DNA of 64,000 nucleotides. Source: Phycisphaerae bacterium. GTDB lineage: Bacteria; Planctomycetota; Phycisphaerae; UBA1845. The notes under the pieces were generated by a model. It had not been told where the DNA came from. It ran no database searches and saw only the letters and a program-made list of their open reading frames with translations. The position numbers and the translations under genes were made by a program. Positions 10,934-21,639 of this stretch are shown piece after piece; the first letter of the stretch is position 1, and each line of letters opens with the position of its first letter. Location of the stretch: the NCBI GenBank assembly GCA_963666835.2, contig CAXXGO010000006.1:992001-1056000 (forward strand), read 5' to 3'.

Positions 10934-11441
10934 CGTCCAATCCTCGCTTCGATCGAGTGCAGAATGTCGGAGTAAACGCCGTTTCCAAGAGAATCGCTCG
11001 TTGTTCTTCCCACCCTAACGGGCGAAAGCGGAACACATGCGAAACTCCCTTATAGAAGGCATCGAAGGCCAACCCCGCCGGCAACAGGCTGCTTTTGCGC
11101 ATCCCTTTCACGGAGCCGCCGGCAGTCGGCAGATAGAGCCAGTTGATTATCGACCGAAAGACCAATCGGATTCGGGATAATGCAGATAGGTTTACCCCAG
11201 GCGCAGTCGCTGAACCTATTTACAGGACGGCACTTACACGAGGAGGCGCCCGCGTGGCCGGGCGTGGTCATGCCTGTGAATTTGGAATCGGATCGGCTGT
11301 CCGGTCGATTCCCGGAACACAGCGCGGAAGCGTCGAGCAGGCACTTGACGAAATCAGCGGCTTCAACGGCTGTCTAACCACACTGTACCGTAGGTCGGCG
11401 CGAGCTCGTTGTAGGGAATCCCGCATAGTGACACTTGCGGC

Positions 11442-12563
11442 TTACTTGTTCTCCGATGCCTGGGCGGCGGGGATCGGAAAACGCTTACGTAAGAGGCCGT
11501 CGGGGGCTTTGCCGACGGTGACGTACCCGTCTTCCTCGATTTTGCCGAGAATGCGCTGAAGGGTGGCCATGGCTTCGCTGAAGCGATCGAGGGACAGAAC
11601 GGCGGCCTCGTACAGCCGGTCGTCACGGACGAGCAATCCGGCCGAACCTTCTCCTTCGGCAATCGCGCGGCTAACGCGGGCGGCATCGGCGGCGCTGTCA
11701 TCGAGGTGTTGCAGGAACTCGTTGAGGTTGGCGAACGATTCGTCAAGGTTCTCTTCGGTGCGATCAATGCCCTGATTGAGGTTATCCGCGACGGTTTGGC
11801 TTTCAGTTTGCCAGAGGGTCATGGTCTGCTTGAGGTGTTCGGTGGCGCTTTTGAGGTCCGCGATGGCGGCCTTGACGTCCCCCTGGACGTTCTCATCACC
11901 GAGAACCACGTTGATATTGGCGACAAGGTCGTCGATGCGCTCGATCATGGTGGAGATGTTGGGGGTAAGCCCGTCCGCCTCGGCCCCCGGCTGCTCGACG
12001 GCTGAGACGCTACGGGGCTCGAGCAATTCCGCCAAGTTCGTGCCCACCGGAGTCCATTCTTTGGTCAGACTGCCGACATGAGAGATCGTTCGCTCGACGG
12101 AGTTGACCATCTCCTTCGTGATAAGCTCGCCGATGATGCTACGCATCTCGCCGGGGATACTTGCCAGCTCCTTGGGAAGCGGTTCGGAACGCAGGCCGGG
12201 TTCGACAACAATCGCGATGTGGCCCGTGCCGAAACCGAGAGTCGCCCCGTATACTCTGGCCGTGGCCCCCCGCGGGACGGAGTACTGTTTCTTGATCCGA
12301 GTGACGATGACCACACCCTGATCCGGGCGGGAGCGGTCTTCAAAATCCAATCGCTGCACTCGGCCGATCTCGACGCCATTGAGCGTTACCGGCGAACCGT
12401 CACCGATCCCGCGCAGATCGCGCACCCCGTCGATCCGGAGCGTCCATTCCCCAGTTCCCAGCCAGGTCGGGGTTTCCCCAAACCAGACCATGAGGATGCC
12501 CAAGGCGCCCAGGGACACTACGACGAAAAGACCTACCCATAGGTTGCGGGAAGTTTCAGTCAT
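11442..12563 (-). CDS. mlaD: MCE/MlaD family protein
   Basis: N-terminal TM helix, GIGDGSPVTLNGVEIGRV MCE motif and helical extension; ATGA-coupled to the ABC ATPase gene. Confidence 0.85.
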   Translation of the reverse strand: MTETSRNLWVGLFVVVSLGALGILMVWFGETPTWLGTGEWTLRIDGVRDLRGIGDGSPVTLNGVEIGRVQRLDFEDRSRPDQGVVIVTRIKKQYSVPRGATARVYGATLGFGTGHIAIVVEPGLRSEPLPKELASIPGEMRSIIGELITKEMVNSVERTISHVGSLTKEWTPVGTNLAELLEPRSVSAVEQPGAEADGLTPNISTMIERIDDLVANINVVLGDENVQGDVKAAIADLKSATEHLKQTMTLWQTESQTVADNLNQGIDRTEENLDESFANLNEFLQHLDDSAADAARVSRAIAEGEGSAGLLVRDDRLYEAAVLSLDRFSEAMATLQRILGKIEEDGYVTVGKAPDGLLRKRFPIPAAQASENK

Positions 12564-13384
12564 GATGGATTCTTGCCGTGAAGACTCCGGAGGACGTCCT
12601 CCGCACAACGTCCCTCTACGAAATATCGGACGCGGGGGTCTTCGGTCCTGTCAATTTCTTCGGGAGTTCCATCAAAGATGAACCTGCCCTCGTGGAGCAT
12701 GAGGATTCGATCAGCCACCTTCCGGGCACTGGCCATGTCGTGAGTGACCACCACACCGGTGACCCCCAGCTCGCGTTTGAGCTTGACAATCAGCTCGTTG
12801 ATTTCGTCGGCCCGGGGCGGGTCGAGCCCGGTAGTAGGCTCGTCGTAGAGGATCAGCTCCGGATCGACTGCGATTGCCCGGGCGAGGGCGACGCGTTTCT
12901 TCTGCCCACCGGAGAGTTGCGCCGGCCATTGATCCTGAATCCCGTCCAGCCCGACCATGGTGAGCTTACGCTTGACGATCTCCCGAATCTCGTCGCGGGA
13001 TAGGCGAGTGTGCTCGACGATCGGAAAGGCCACGTTCTGTTCAACGGTCATCGAATCGAACAGGGCGCTGAGCTGGAAAAGGAACCCGAATCGCGGACGC
13101 AGGGTGGCCAACTGCCATTCCGGAAGACCGTCAATGCGCTGATCGCGGTAGTACACTTCGCCCCGGTCCGGACGCAAAAGGCGGACGATGTGCTTGAGGA
13201 TGACGCTTTTACCCGAGCCGGATTCGCCGATGATGACGGTGGTCTGGCCGGCTTGGAGTTCCGCGTCGATTCCACGCAGCACTTCCAGGTTGTCGAAACG
13301 CTTATGGACATCTACAAGCCGAACGACCGGTTGTTGTTCGGGTTGAACTTCGCGTGTAGGCATGTTGGGTTGGCAAGTGATCAT
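12560..13384 (-). CDS. mlaF: ABC transporter ATP-binding protein, MlaF/Mkl type
   Basis: Walker A GESGSGKS, ALFDSMTV, LSGGQKKRVALARA, LYDEPTTGLDP, VTHD. The start is either 13384 or 13363. Confidence 0.92.
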   Translation of the reverse strand: MITCQPNMPTREVQPEQQPVVRLVDVHKRFDNLEVLRGIDAELQAGQTTVIIGESGSGKSVILKHIVRLLRPDRGEVYYRDQRIDGLPEWQLATLRPRFGFLFQLSALFDSMTVEQNVAFPIVEHTRLSRDEIREIVKRKLTMVGLDGIQDQWPAQLSGGQKKRVALARAIAVDPELILYDEPTTGLDPPRADEINELIVKLKRELGVTGVVVTHDMASARKVADRILMLHEGRFIFDGTPEEIDRTEDPRVRYFVEGRCAEDVLRSLHGKNPS

Positions 13385-14208
13385 ACGAGCGATTTGAAAC
13401 CGTAGATCCCGCGGTAGACCCCCGAGAGGAACGTCCCGATGAAGAAATCGGTGATTAGGATCGTAATGAAACTGGCCACGAAGGACTCGGTGCAGGCTCG
13501 GCCTACACCTTCGGCGCCGGTGCGACAGTGGAAGCCGTTGTAACACGCGATAATGCCGATCAACCCGCCGAACACCAGGCTCTTGATCAAACCGACCCCG
13601 ACGTCCCAGGCTTCTATGGCGTCCGAAATGTACCACCAGTAGGGCCCGGCCGGGATGTCCTTGAGGACCACGGCCACGAACCAGCCGGCAATCGAGCCGA
13701 ACAGGTCACAGAAGAAGGTAAGCAGTGGGGTGAGCAGCAGACAGGCCATGAAGCGCGGCACGACCAGTTGGCGGATGGGGTCGGCTCCCATAACGGTCAG
13801 GGCGCTGATCTGCTCGGTCACGCGCATCGTGCCCAGCTCGGCCGTCAAGGCTCCGCCGACCCGCCCGGCGACCATAACGCCGGCCAGCACTGGGCCCAGC
13901 TCTTGCACCAGGGTGGCGGACAGCAGGACGCCCATCCGCTGCTCAAACCCGGCGGCGCGGAGTTGGTCATAGCTCTGCACCGCCAGCACGAGACCTACGA
14001 AGGTGCCGGTAACGATAATCACCGGAAGGGTCCGGTTGCCGACCTCATACAGTAGGGGCATGGCTCGGACCCAGGTCCGCCACCGAATAAGCCCTGGGAT
14101 CAGCCAGCGAATCATCTGCCAGGTGAATACACCTACGCGTCCGAGGGCGGAGATGGAGGTGGTCGTTTTGGCACCGATCGCCGAAATCATCGCGTTCATC
14201 CGTGACAC
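13381..14208 (-). CDS. mlaE: ABC transporter permease, MlaE type
   Basis: ELGPVLAGVMVAGRVGGALTAELGTMRVTEQISAL...GAEGVGRA signature. Confidence 0.93.
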   Translation of the reverse strand: MSRMNAMISAIGAKTTTSISALGRVGVFTWQMIRWLIPGLIRWRTWVRAMPLLYEVGNRTLPVIIVTGTFVGLVLAVQSYDQLRAAGFEQRMGVLLSATLVQELGPVLAGVMVAGRVGGALTAELGTMRVTEQISALTVMGADPIRQLVVPRFMACLLLTPLLTFFCDLFGSIAGWFVAVVLKDIPAGPYWWYISDAIEAWDVGVGLIKSLVFGGLIGIIACYNGFHCRTGAEGVGRACTESFVASFITILITDFFIGTFLSGVYRGIYGFKSLV

Positions 14209-14319
14209 GAGGCGTAGGGTCGACTACTCGGGACTTCGGGTATGTAACGGTCCGGCTTTAGCCTGTCAAACGCCGGATCGTGCTTTGCCTCGGCGGGCGC
14301 GGCGGATACTATCTGGTAT

Positions 14320-15105
14320 ATGGCGAACTCCTTGACGAACGCATCGATCATCGTCCCGACGTATCGAGAGGCGGAAAATCTCCGGCCGCTGGTCGAGCGG
14401 GCGTTTGCAGCACTGCGGGCGGCGGACATCACCGCGGAGATGATTATCGTCGATGACAACTCGCGGGACGGGACAGAGGATGTGGTCGCCGCCCTCAGTG
14501 CCGAATACCCCGTTCGGTTGATCGTGCGTCGCAAGGAACGCGGGCTCTCGAGTGCGGTTCTGGCCGGTTTCCAGGAAGCGCAGTACGGGCGACTGGTGGT
14601 AATGGACGCGGACCTTCAGCACCCGCCGGAGGTGATCCCAGTATTGATACGGCGGTTCGACGAAGGCGATTTCGATTTCGTAATCGGCACGCGATACGGC
14701 GGCGGTGGGGGAATAGCCGAGGACTGGCCATTCCACCGGCGCATTGTGAGTCGAACGGCGACGTTACTTGCCCGGCCTCTGGTACCGCTGAGCGATCCGA
14801 TGTCGGGCTTCTTTGCCCTGCGGCGCGAACGCTGGGAGGGGGCGGCGCCGCTGGATCCGATCGGGTACAAGATTGCCCTCGAGCTCTACGTCAAGGGTCG
14901 CTGCACGCGACCGGCGGAGGTGCCGATTTGCTTCGCGGCTCGAACGGCGGGAATCAGCAAGCTTAGTGCCGCTGAGCAGATGCGGTACCTGAGGCACCTT
15001 GGGCGTTTGTACCGTTTCAAGTACCCTAGACTGTTCAGGCTTGTGGTCGGGTGTGTTTTGGTGGGGCTGATCGCGGCTATTGTGATGGGATTCCGAGTCC
15101 TATAG
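14320..15105 (+). CDS. Polyprenol-phosphate mannosyltransferase (DPM1-like GT2)
   Basis: SIIVPTYRE, IVDDNSRDGT, GLSSAV, VMDADLQHPP, DPMSGFF, GYKIALE; C-terminal TM helix. Confidence 0.9.
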   Translation: MANSLTNASIIVPTYREAENLRPLVERAFAALRAADITAEMIIVDDNSRDGTEDVVAALSAEYPVRLIVRRKERGLSSAVLAGFQEAQYGRLVVMDADLQHPPEVIPVLIRRFDEGDFDFVIGTRYGGGGGIAEDWPFHRRIVSRTATLLARPLVPLSDPMSGFFALRRERWEGAAPLDPIGYKIALELYVKGRCTRPAEVPICFAARTAGISKLSAAEQMRYLRHLGRLYRFKYPRLFRLVVGCVLVGLIAAIVMGFRVL

Positions 15106-15138
15106 ACCAGCCCGCGCGGGGCGGCAGGAGGAGATGGC

Positions 15139-15531
15139 ATGGACTCCGTTCCCAAAGCGCCGAGCAGTGAGCCGGCCATTCGCGTGGTCATGATGCCGCG
15201 GGACACCAACCCTCAGGGCACGATCTTCGGCGGAGTGATCCTCTCGTTGATCGACCAGGCGGCGTATGTCGAGGCCGTGCGTCAGGCGCGACACTGCTAT
15301 GTCACCGTCGCGATGCGGGAGATCGAGTTCCACGAGCCGGTCTACGTCGGTGACGTTTTGAGTCTCTACGCCCAAGCGGAGCGCATCGGCCGGACGTCTA
15401 TAACCATCAAGGTCCGCGTGGTATCCAGCCGAAGGAGCGATCCGGACGAACACGTCGAGGTCACCGAGGCAGAGGTGGTCTTCGTAGCGGTGGATGAGAA
15501 CCGGCAGAAAGTGCCGATCTTCGACGATTGA
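15139..15531 (+). CDS. Acyl-CoA thioesterase (YciA-like hotdog fold)
   Basis: MPRDTNPQGTIFGG...D...F.EPV.VGD...GRTSI...FVAVD; GGAG RBS. Confidence 0.92.
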   Translation: MDSVPKAPSSEPAIRVVMMPRDTNPQGTIFGGVILSLIDQAAYVEAVRQARHCYVTVAMREIEFHEPVYVGDVLSLYAQAERIGRTSITIKVRVVSSRRSDPDEHVEVTEAEVVFVAVDENRQKVPIFDD

Positions 15532-15539
15532 CGAGTAGC

Positions 15540-16690
15540 GGGTACCATCCCGTCGCGGGCGCCCCATCCATCCCGACGTTTGCCAGGCTGGAACAACCAC
15601 ACCGCCTCACCGCCGGGACGGGTGGGGGACGGATTGCGTAGGGCACGGTCGAGGTACGAGACCTGCCGCGAAGGCGCGCGAAGCGTGAAGACCTTGTAGG
15701 GCACGGTCGAGGAACGAGACCTGCCGCAAAGGCGCGCGAAGCGTGAAGACCTTGTAGGGCACGGTCGAGGTACGATACCTGCCGCAAGAACGTACGCCGT
15801 TCGAGCCGAACGCGTTTGTGCGACCCACTTCGGGGTTGGTGTGGAAGGGGGCTTTGTGCCCCAGGGTGGCACTAAAGCGGCTACGCCGCTTCGTTTACCC
15901 TGGGCTTTGTTGTTCAACGCCTTCGGCGTAGGTTCGGCAGGCACGCGGCGCGCGAAGATCACGGCCGGCCGCGCCATCTCTCCAGCAGCGGGGGATTCAA
16001 TGTGTCGCGATGGTGGCATTGCCGGGTGCCCCATCCATCCCGGCGTTTGCCGCGCTGAAGCAGCCGTATTGCCCCACCGCCGGGACGGGTGGGGGACGGA
16101 TTGCGTAGGGCACGGTCGAGGAACGATACCTGCCGCAAGAACGCACGCCGTTCGAACCAAACGCGTTTGTGCAACCCACTTCGGGGTTGGTGTGGAAGGG
16201 GGCTTTGTGCCCCAGGGTGGCACTTCGCGGCTACGCCGCTTCGTTTACCCTGGGCTTTGTTGTTCAACGCCTTCGGCGTAGGTTCGGCAGGCACGCGGCG
16301 CGCGAAGATCACGGCCGGCCGCGCCATCTCTCCAGCAGCGGGGGATTCAATGTGTCGCGATGGTGGCATTGCCGGGTGCCCCATCCATCCCGGCGTTTGC
16401 CAGGCTGGAACAGCCACACCGCCTCACCGCCGGCATGAGTGGGGGACGGAATGCGTAGGGCACGGTCGAGGTACGAGACCTGCCGCGAAGGCGCGCGAAG
16501 CGTGAAGACCTTGTAGGGCACGGTCGAGGTACGAGACCTGCCGCAAGAACTTAAACAAGGACTCGTCATCCGCAATCGATTCCCCACCCTTCGCGTGGGA
16601 AGTAGTCCGTATGCCGTAACTGCACCTAACTACGGGGCGTTCTTGTCTACTGAAAGACCGTACAGGGCGGAGGATAGGGCACCCTCGCCG
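15540..16690. repeat. Mosaic REP cluster 1
   Basis: GTAGGGCACGGTCGAGG(T/A)ACGA(G/T)ACCTGCCGC at 15638, 15696, 15754, 16105, 16455 and 16513 (58-bp and ~350-bp periods), plus two other hairpin modules. Confidence 0.9.
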
Positions 16691-16722
16691 ATCTTCGACG
16701 ATTGACGAGTGGTTTGCACCGG

Positions 16723-18573
16723 TTACCAGCCGCGCACCATCATCCTCTGGCCCATGCTGATGTGGTTTCGGGAGACGCCGGCCTCTTCGGCCCAATCGCG
16801 ATTGATCATGTAGGCGGTGCGTTCGTCAAACCCCCGGGCGTTGAAGGGAATCCCGTGCGCCCGGTAGTACTCGGCGCATTTGCGGAAGTTCCGGGCATTC
16901 CGCCGCGAGTTGCGCAGGTAGACCCCGCTGTTGTAATTCTCGAACACGGGCGTCCATTTCTCGCGATCGCTCCGGTCGGCGGTGACGTAGTCACGGTGGA
17001 CCAGGAGGATGTCGATACCGTATTCGTCCAGCTTCTCCTCGGCGCCCGCCTTCTTCCAACGGATCGTGCGCGAGTCTTCAAAGAGCTTCGGACCGAAGGT
17101 GATCCACCGCCCGTCCATAAAGATCGGGTAGTCCAGGTAGGTACGAAACAGGACGTATCCGCCCCAACGTTTGGGGTTGAACAGGCGTCCTTCGAGTTTG
17201 ACCGAATCGAGGAAATCCATCGCCTCAATCGGAAACGAAGGCTTGTGGAAGTTCCAGTCCGCTGACAATCGCTGCCGGTATGGTGTCACTTTGTCCCAGA
17301 GGACCGGATAGAGCGTTGCACTCACCAGCAGCAACGCGGCGACCGGCGCCAGTTGCCGGGCCAGCCGGCGCAGGCGACGCAAAGAGGGGACATCCGCGTA
17401 TGACGACCAGCGACTGAGCTCCGGCAGCAGTAACAGGATCGGAGCGAACGCGGCCGCGATGAAGCGCAGCCCGGTAAGCGGTAACAAAGTCAGGAACACC
17501 ACCACCGCCGTTTCTGCAAGTCCTCGACGCCGGATGGTCAACCCGGCCGCGATGAGTGTAGCTCCGGCGACCGCCACGAAGGTCCTCACGGAGTACTTCA
17601 GGCTGGGATCGGACCAGAAGTCCAGTATCGGCAACCACTCGGAGCTGGTGGTACTGTTGAAACGCTTTGACTCAATCAGATAAGGGAACAGACGCACGTG
17701 ATTGGGGGTAATGACCAGTGCGACTACGGCGATAAGGGCGAGAAGCCCGAGACGCCGCAGATCGCCTCCGGCCAACTCGCCGGCCGAGGGACGCCGCCAG
17801 CCGAGTTTCTGCTGCCCGCACTCGACCATGACGTAGAGCACGACTAATGCGGAGAACAGAACAACCCCCGCATGGGCGTTGGCCCAGACGACCATGACCA
17901 CGAAGATGCCGACAAGTTGGCCGGCCGTCAGCGCGGGGCGGTAAACGAACAGATATCCGTACATCAGCAGCAGAAGGGTGATCTGGAACATGTACGGCCG
18001 GTGTTGGAACCGATCGTGGGCCAGTACGAAGAACAGGCACACGCCGCAGACCGCCAGAGCGCGGGCGGCGGATTCGCGCCGCAGCAGCCCGTAGAGCCAG
18101 ATCAACATAAGTGCCACCAATGAGGCATGGACCCACCGCAGCCCGAGGACCCCGGCAGCTTTGATGATGAGGTGATACGCAACCTGCGACAGCCACTCGT
18201 GGGCGACCATCGGCACTCCGCGCGCCGTGTGCGAGAAGGGCTCGGTGGTCGGTACCGTGTGGTTCTCGACCACATAACGTCCCAAAGCCGCGTGCCAGCC
18301 GAAATCTCCGTTGAAGACCGGCATCATCATGTAATACATGCCCAACGCGCACAGCCCGGCCAGGCAGGTCCACGCGCAAAGGCGCCTGAGAAACACCGAC
18401 TTGATGCGATTATCTCCGGTTGGGGAGAGGGCCGGCTCGTCGAGTCGGGGTGCGGCAACGACCGGCATGGCGGGGCGCGCCCGCGAACTTCTGCGGCGGC
18501 CGGTGCGACGACCGGCTGCCGGAGCCTGCGTGGGACGAGAAGCCCCGGGTTGGTTTCTGTCAAACTCCGCCAT
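16723..18573 (-). CDS. Polytopic membrane protein, possibly GT-C-fold glycosyltransferase-like
   Basis: About 11 hydrophobic segments; DFGWHAALGRY...EPFSHT...HEWL, WANAHAG, GGY and F.DGR motifs. Start uncertain. Confidence 0.6.
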   Translation of the reverse strand: MAEFDRNQPGASRPTQAPAAGRRTGRRRSSRARPAMPVVAAPRLDEPALSPTGDNRIKSVFLRRLCAWTCLAGLCALGMYYMMMPVFNGDFGWHAALGRYVVENHTVPTTEPFSHTARGVPMVAHEWLSQVAYHLIIKAAGVLGLRWVHASLVALMLIWLYGLLRRESAARALAVCGVCLFFVLAHDRFQHRPYMFQITLLLLMYGYLFVYRPALTAGQLVGIFVVMVVWANAHAGVVLFSALVVLYVMVECGQQKLGWRRPSAGELAGGDLRRLGLLALIAVVALVITPNHVRLFPYLIESKRFNSTTSSEWLPILDFWSDPSLKYSVRTFVAVAGATLIAAGLTIRRRGLAETAVVVFLTLLPLTGLRFIAAAFAPILLLLPELSRWSSYADVPSLRRLRRLARQLAPVAALLLVSATLYPVLWDKVTPYRQRLSADWNFHKPSFPIEAMDFLDSVKLEGRLFNPKRWGGYVLFRTYLDYPIFMDGRWITFGPKLFEDSRTIRWKKAGAEEKLDEYGIDILLVHRDYVTADRSDREKWTPVFENYNSGVYLRNSRRNARNFRKCAEYYRAHGIPFNARGFDERTAYMINRDWAEEAGVSRNHISMGQRMMVRGW

Positions 18574-18862
18574 GGCACCAATTTCAGACAATTTCATACA
18601 ACTACATGAAGTTGCATGATACCAATGCAGCGACGGCGGATGCAACACAAAAGAGCCGGAACAACGGTTGGATCATCTCGGGTTGTTTTTCGAGGAAGGC
18701 TGCGGAGTTTGTGCCTCTTCTCCCTGCTGCGGTGGGACCGGGGGGCCTTCGCCGCTGTACCAATCTCCCTCTTTCATCCTCCGGGATAGGCGCCGATAAC
18801 CATGTACTCGGCCCCTACCGTCTCTGAGAAGGCGGATTGAAGACCGGTTTCAAGTGAGGCGT

Positions 18863-20416
18863 TTAGAGGAAATGGGCGGGGTTGTCGACTTTCTCGTCAA
18901 CGCGCTGCTGACTGGACTGCTCGCCGTCGAAGGTGAAGAGCATGACCTCATCGCCGATTCGAGCGTTGAGGTGAACCGGACGCCGCCACAAGGCGTGGAG
19001 CTGCTTCAGCGTGGCCACGGCGTACTTGATGTCGATGTCCGCGCCGTTGTGCCGATGGGCCAGGTACAGCTCCCCGCGGTTACGGTAGTTGCCGTCGGTC
19101 ACGTAGATGTACGGTTGGGCATGGTTGGTGAGCATGAACAGCAACTGTTGCTTGATCTTATCGAAATCACGATTAACCACGACCATGCGTCCCGTGGTGG
19201 GGTCCTGGCGGTAATGATAGAGCTTCTGCTCGTCGACGAACTCCGGGGTGAGGAACTCGTCGAGGAAGGTGACATCGTTGTAGATAGTTCGGACCTCGAA
19301 GATCTTCGCCCGTCCGGGAGAGTCGGGTCCGACAACGCGCCCGCGCGGAGCCCGGTCTTTGCCCCATTCCCGGCGGGCGGCCATGTCGTCGCAGGCGTCG
19401 TACTCGGGCCCGTAACGTCCGGTGTTCCAGCGGCGTTCGATGTCGCGGAGCAGTTCGATGCCGAGCTTGTAGGGGTTGAGCCGCCCGGGGGAGGTCGCCA
19501 GCGTACCGGAGTGGTGCTCGCAATAATCGATGAGTTCGTTGTCGCCCAGGATGTAGTTGGTCATCATCGTGGAATGCCAGTAGCTCGCCCAACCTTCATT
19601 CATGATCTTGGTTTGGCCTTGGGGGGCGAAGTAGTAGGCCTCCTCGCGGACGATCGAGAGGATGTCGGCTTCCCAGTCTTCCAAGGGAGCGTTCTGCAGC
19701 AGGAAAGCCAGAACATCTCTCAGCGGGCGAGCGGGGAAGCGTTTCTTGGCCTGCTGGGAGTTCTCGTCCACCGCGGCCCGGTCGCTGGCCAGCCGCTCCG
19801 GAGGATTGATGTAGCGATCCATGTAACTTTTGGCCGGAAACCGGGTGACGGTAGGTTCCGGTTTCTGTTTGGTCGTCGCAGTCGGCTGAGGCGCCGCTTC
19901 CCGCCGCATGAAGACCGAGTGCGGGTCGATCAGATTCTCTAGTGACAGACAGATGTCAATAAGCTGCTCGACCCTTTCCAACCCGTGGCGTCCGATGTAG
20001 CGGCGGATGCGGGTCGCGTGGTTGGCCATGTCGTCGATCATGCGCCGATTCGTGCGGGCAAACCAGATGTTGTTCTTGAAGAAGTCACAGTGGGCATAGA
20101 CGTGGGCGATCACCGTCTTGTGGTCGACGAGGGCGTTATCGTTCAGCAAGTAGGCGTAACAGGGGTTGTTGTTGATGACCATTTCGTAGATTTTGCCGAG
20201 CCCGTAGCGATGCTGCTTGCGCAGCCGCTCGTACTCCATTCCGAAACGCCAGTGGGGGTATCTCCGCGGGAATCCGCCGTACGCGGCCACCTGCGAGATC
20301 TCCTCGCTCGTGAGCATCTCGAAGACGGTCGGGTAGAAATCGAGCCCTTCACGGCGCGCATGTTCTGCAATGATCTCAGCCTGTTCGGCGATCTCCTTGG
20401 GCAACAGTCTGTTCAT
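18863..20416 (-). CDS. SpoVR/YcgB family protein
   Basis: RYPHWRFG, IYEMVIN, AHVYAHCDFFKNN, TKIMNEGWASYWH, LNPYKLG. Confidence 0.95.
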   Translation of the reverse strand: MNRLLPKEIAEQAEIIAEHARREGLDFYPTVFEMLTSEEISQVAAYGGFPRRYPHWRFGMEYERLRKQHRYGLGKIYEMVINNNPCYAYLLNDNALVDHKTVIAHVYAHCDFFKNNIWFARTNRRMIDDMANHATRIRRYIGRHGLERVEQLIDICLSLENLIDPHSVFMRREAAPQPTATTKQKPEPTVTRFPAKSYMDRYINPPERLASDRAAVDENSQQAKKRFPARPLRDVLAFLLQNAPLEDWEADILSIVREEAYYFAPQGQTKIMNEGWASYWHSTMMTNYILGDNELIDYCEHHSGTLATSPGRLNPYKLGIELLRDIERRWNTGRYGPEYDACDDMAARREWGKDRAPRGRVVGPDSPGRAKIFEVRTIYNDVTFLDEFLTPEFVDEQKLYHYRQDPTTGRMVVVNRDFDKIKQQLLFMLTNHAQPYIYVTDGNYRNRGELYLAHRHNGADIDIKYAVATLKQLHALWRRPVHLNARIGDEVMLFTFDGEQSSQQRVDEKVDNPAHFL

Positions 20417-20442
20417 GCTGCACGATCCCCGCGTAGCGGCGG

Positions 20443-21543
20443 TTACCGACCCGCCGTGAAGAACGTCTTGATGCTGTCGTAGATGTCGTCCTTGGTGTTC
20501 ACCCGGCTGGTAATCACGGCCTCGAGGTCGGGTAGATGCTCATGGACGACATTGATGAAGTTCCCGCTCCCGTAGGCGCTGGCCACCTGGCAATAGCCGA
20601 ACATATTGAGGTTCGGCAGAAGCTGTTCACGGACCAGCGTGCAGCACTCCCGGCTGTCGGATTCGCTGCTGTTGTCACCATCGGAGAAATGGAACAGGTA
20701 TATGTTCCAGTCATTGGGGGCGTAGTTCTTTTCGATGAGCTCCCGAGCGGCGCGATAAGCGCTGCTGATTCGGGTCCCGCCGTCTTCGCGAATGCGGAAG
20801 AAGGTGTCGCGGTCGACCTCCGCGGCGCGAACGTCGTGGACAATGTAGCGGCTTTCGATGCCTTGGTAGTTTTTACGCAGCCAGGCGTCGATCCAGAACG
20901 CCTCCAGGCGGACGAGTTCCTTCTGTTCGTCGCCCATAGAGCCGGAAACGTCCATCATATAGATGATCACGGCGTTGGACTGCGGGCTGAGCACCGTCTT
21001 CCAACTGCGGTAGACCTTGTCGCGCCGTTCGAAGATGATCCGCGGGGCATCGGGGTTATACAGTCCGGATATTATCTGCCGGCGCAAGGCGCGACGGAAG
21101 GTACGCTTGAAGTGTCGCAGAGACTCCGGGCCGGACTGGCGGACTCCGCTGTAGCGGTCTCTCTCAGCGGTGATGCGGTGCTTACCCTTGGGCTTGATTC
21201 GGGGGAGTTGCAGTTCCTCCCCGAGGATCTCGGCGAGTTCTTCCAGGGTAACGTCGACCTCCAGGATGTGCCGGCCTTCCTGCTCGCCGCCGGGGCCCAT
21301 GCCTTCGCCTTCCCCGTCGACCTGATCGCCTGGTTGCCCTTCGCCCTTCCCGACCCCGGCGTCATTGTTGTCGCCGTACCGGAAGTTGGGAATCTCGATA
21401 CCGTGGACGGGGATACTGACGAAACGTTTGCCCTCGCGCCCGAGCAGCTCGCCGCGGGTGAGGAACTTACGCAGATCCTGACGGATCTTCCCCTTGACGA
21501 TCTTGCGGAAGCGCTGGTGGTCGTTGTTAATCTGGAGAACCAT
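20443..21543 (-). CDS. YeaH/YhbH (DUF444) family protein
   Basis: MMDVSGSM, GGTRISSA, YLFHFSDGDN; lies between prkA and spoVR. Confidence 0.95.
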   Translation of the reverse strand: MVLQINNDHQRFRKIVKGKIRQDLRKFLTRGELLGREGKRFVSIPVHGIEIPNFRYGDNNDAGVGKGEGQPGDQVDGEGEGMGPGGEQEGRHILEVDVTLEELAEILGEELQLPRIKPKGKHRITAERDRYSGVRQSGPESLRHFKRTFRRALRRQIISGLYNPDAPRIIFERRDKVYRSWKTVLSPQSNAVIIYMMDVSGSMGDEQKELVRLEAFWIDAWLRKNYQGIESRYIVHDVRAAEVDRDTFFRIREDGGTRISSAYRAARELIEKNYAPNDWNIYLFHFSDGDNSSESDSRECCTLVREQLLPNLNMFGYCQVASAYGSGNFINVVHEHLPDLEAVITSRVNTKDDIYDSIKTFFTAGR

Positions 21544-21639
21544 AGCCGAATCAGAACGCCGAGACTTCGGAACGTCGAAAGTCCGACCGGGCAGCTTCGA
21601 CTTTGCGGCGTTCTTGAAGTTCCGGGGCTCTCTCCCTTT

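Noticed and set aside
15638..15790. 58-bp-period repeats resembling a CRISPR array (also at 41697-41845 and 63858-64000)
   Set aside because: The 'spacers' are near-identical within each array, the repeat is dispersed in both orientations, and no cas genes are present.
15366..16795. Many ORFs over the repeat clusters (also 31.6-32.8, 37.1-37.9 and 40.3-42.1 kb)
   Set aside because: They are translations of palindromic repeats in all frames (e.g. VGHGRGTRPA, QVSYLDRAL) with no coding signature.
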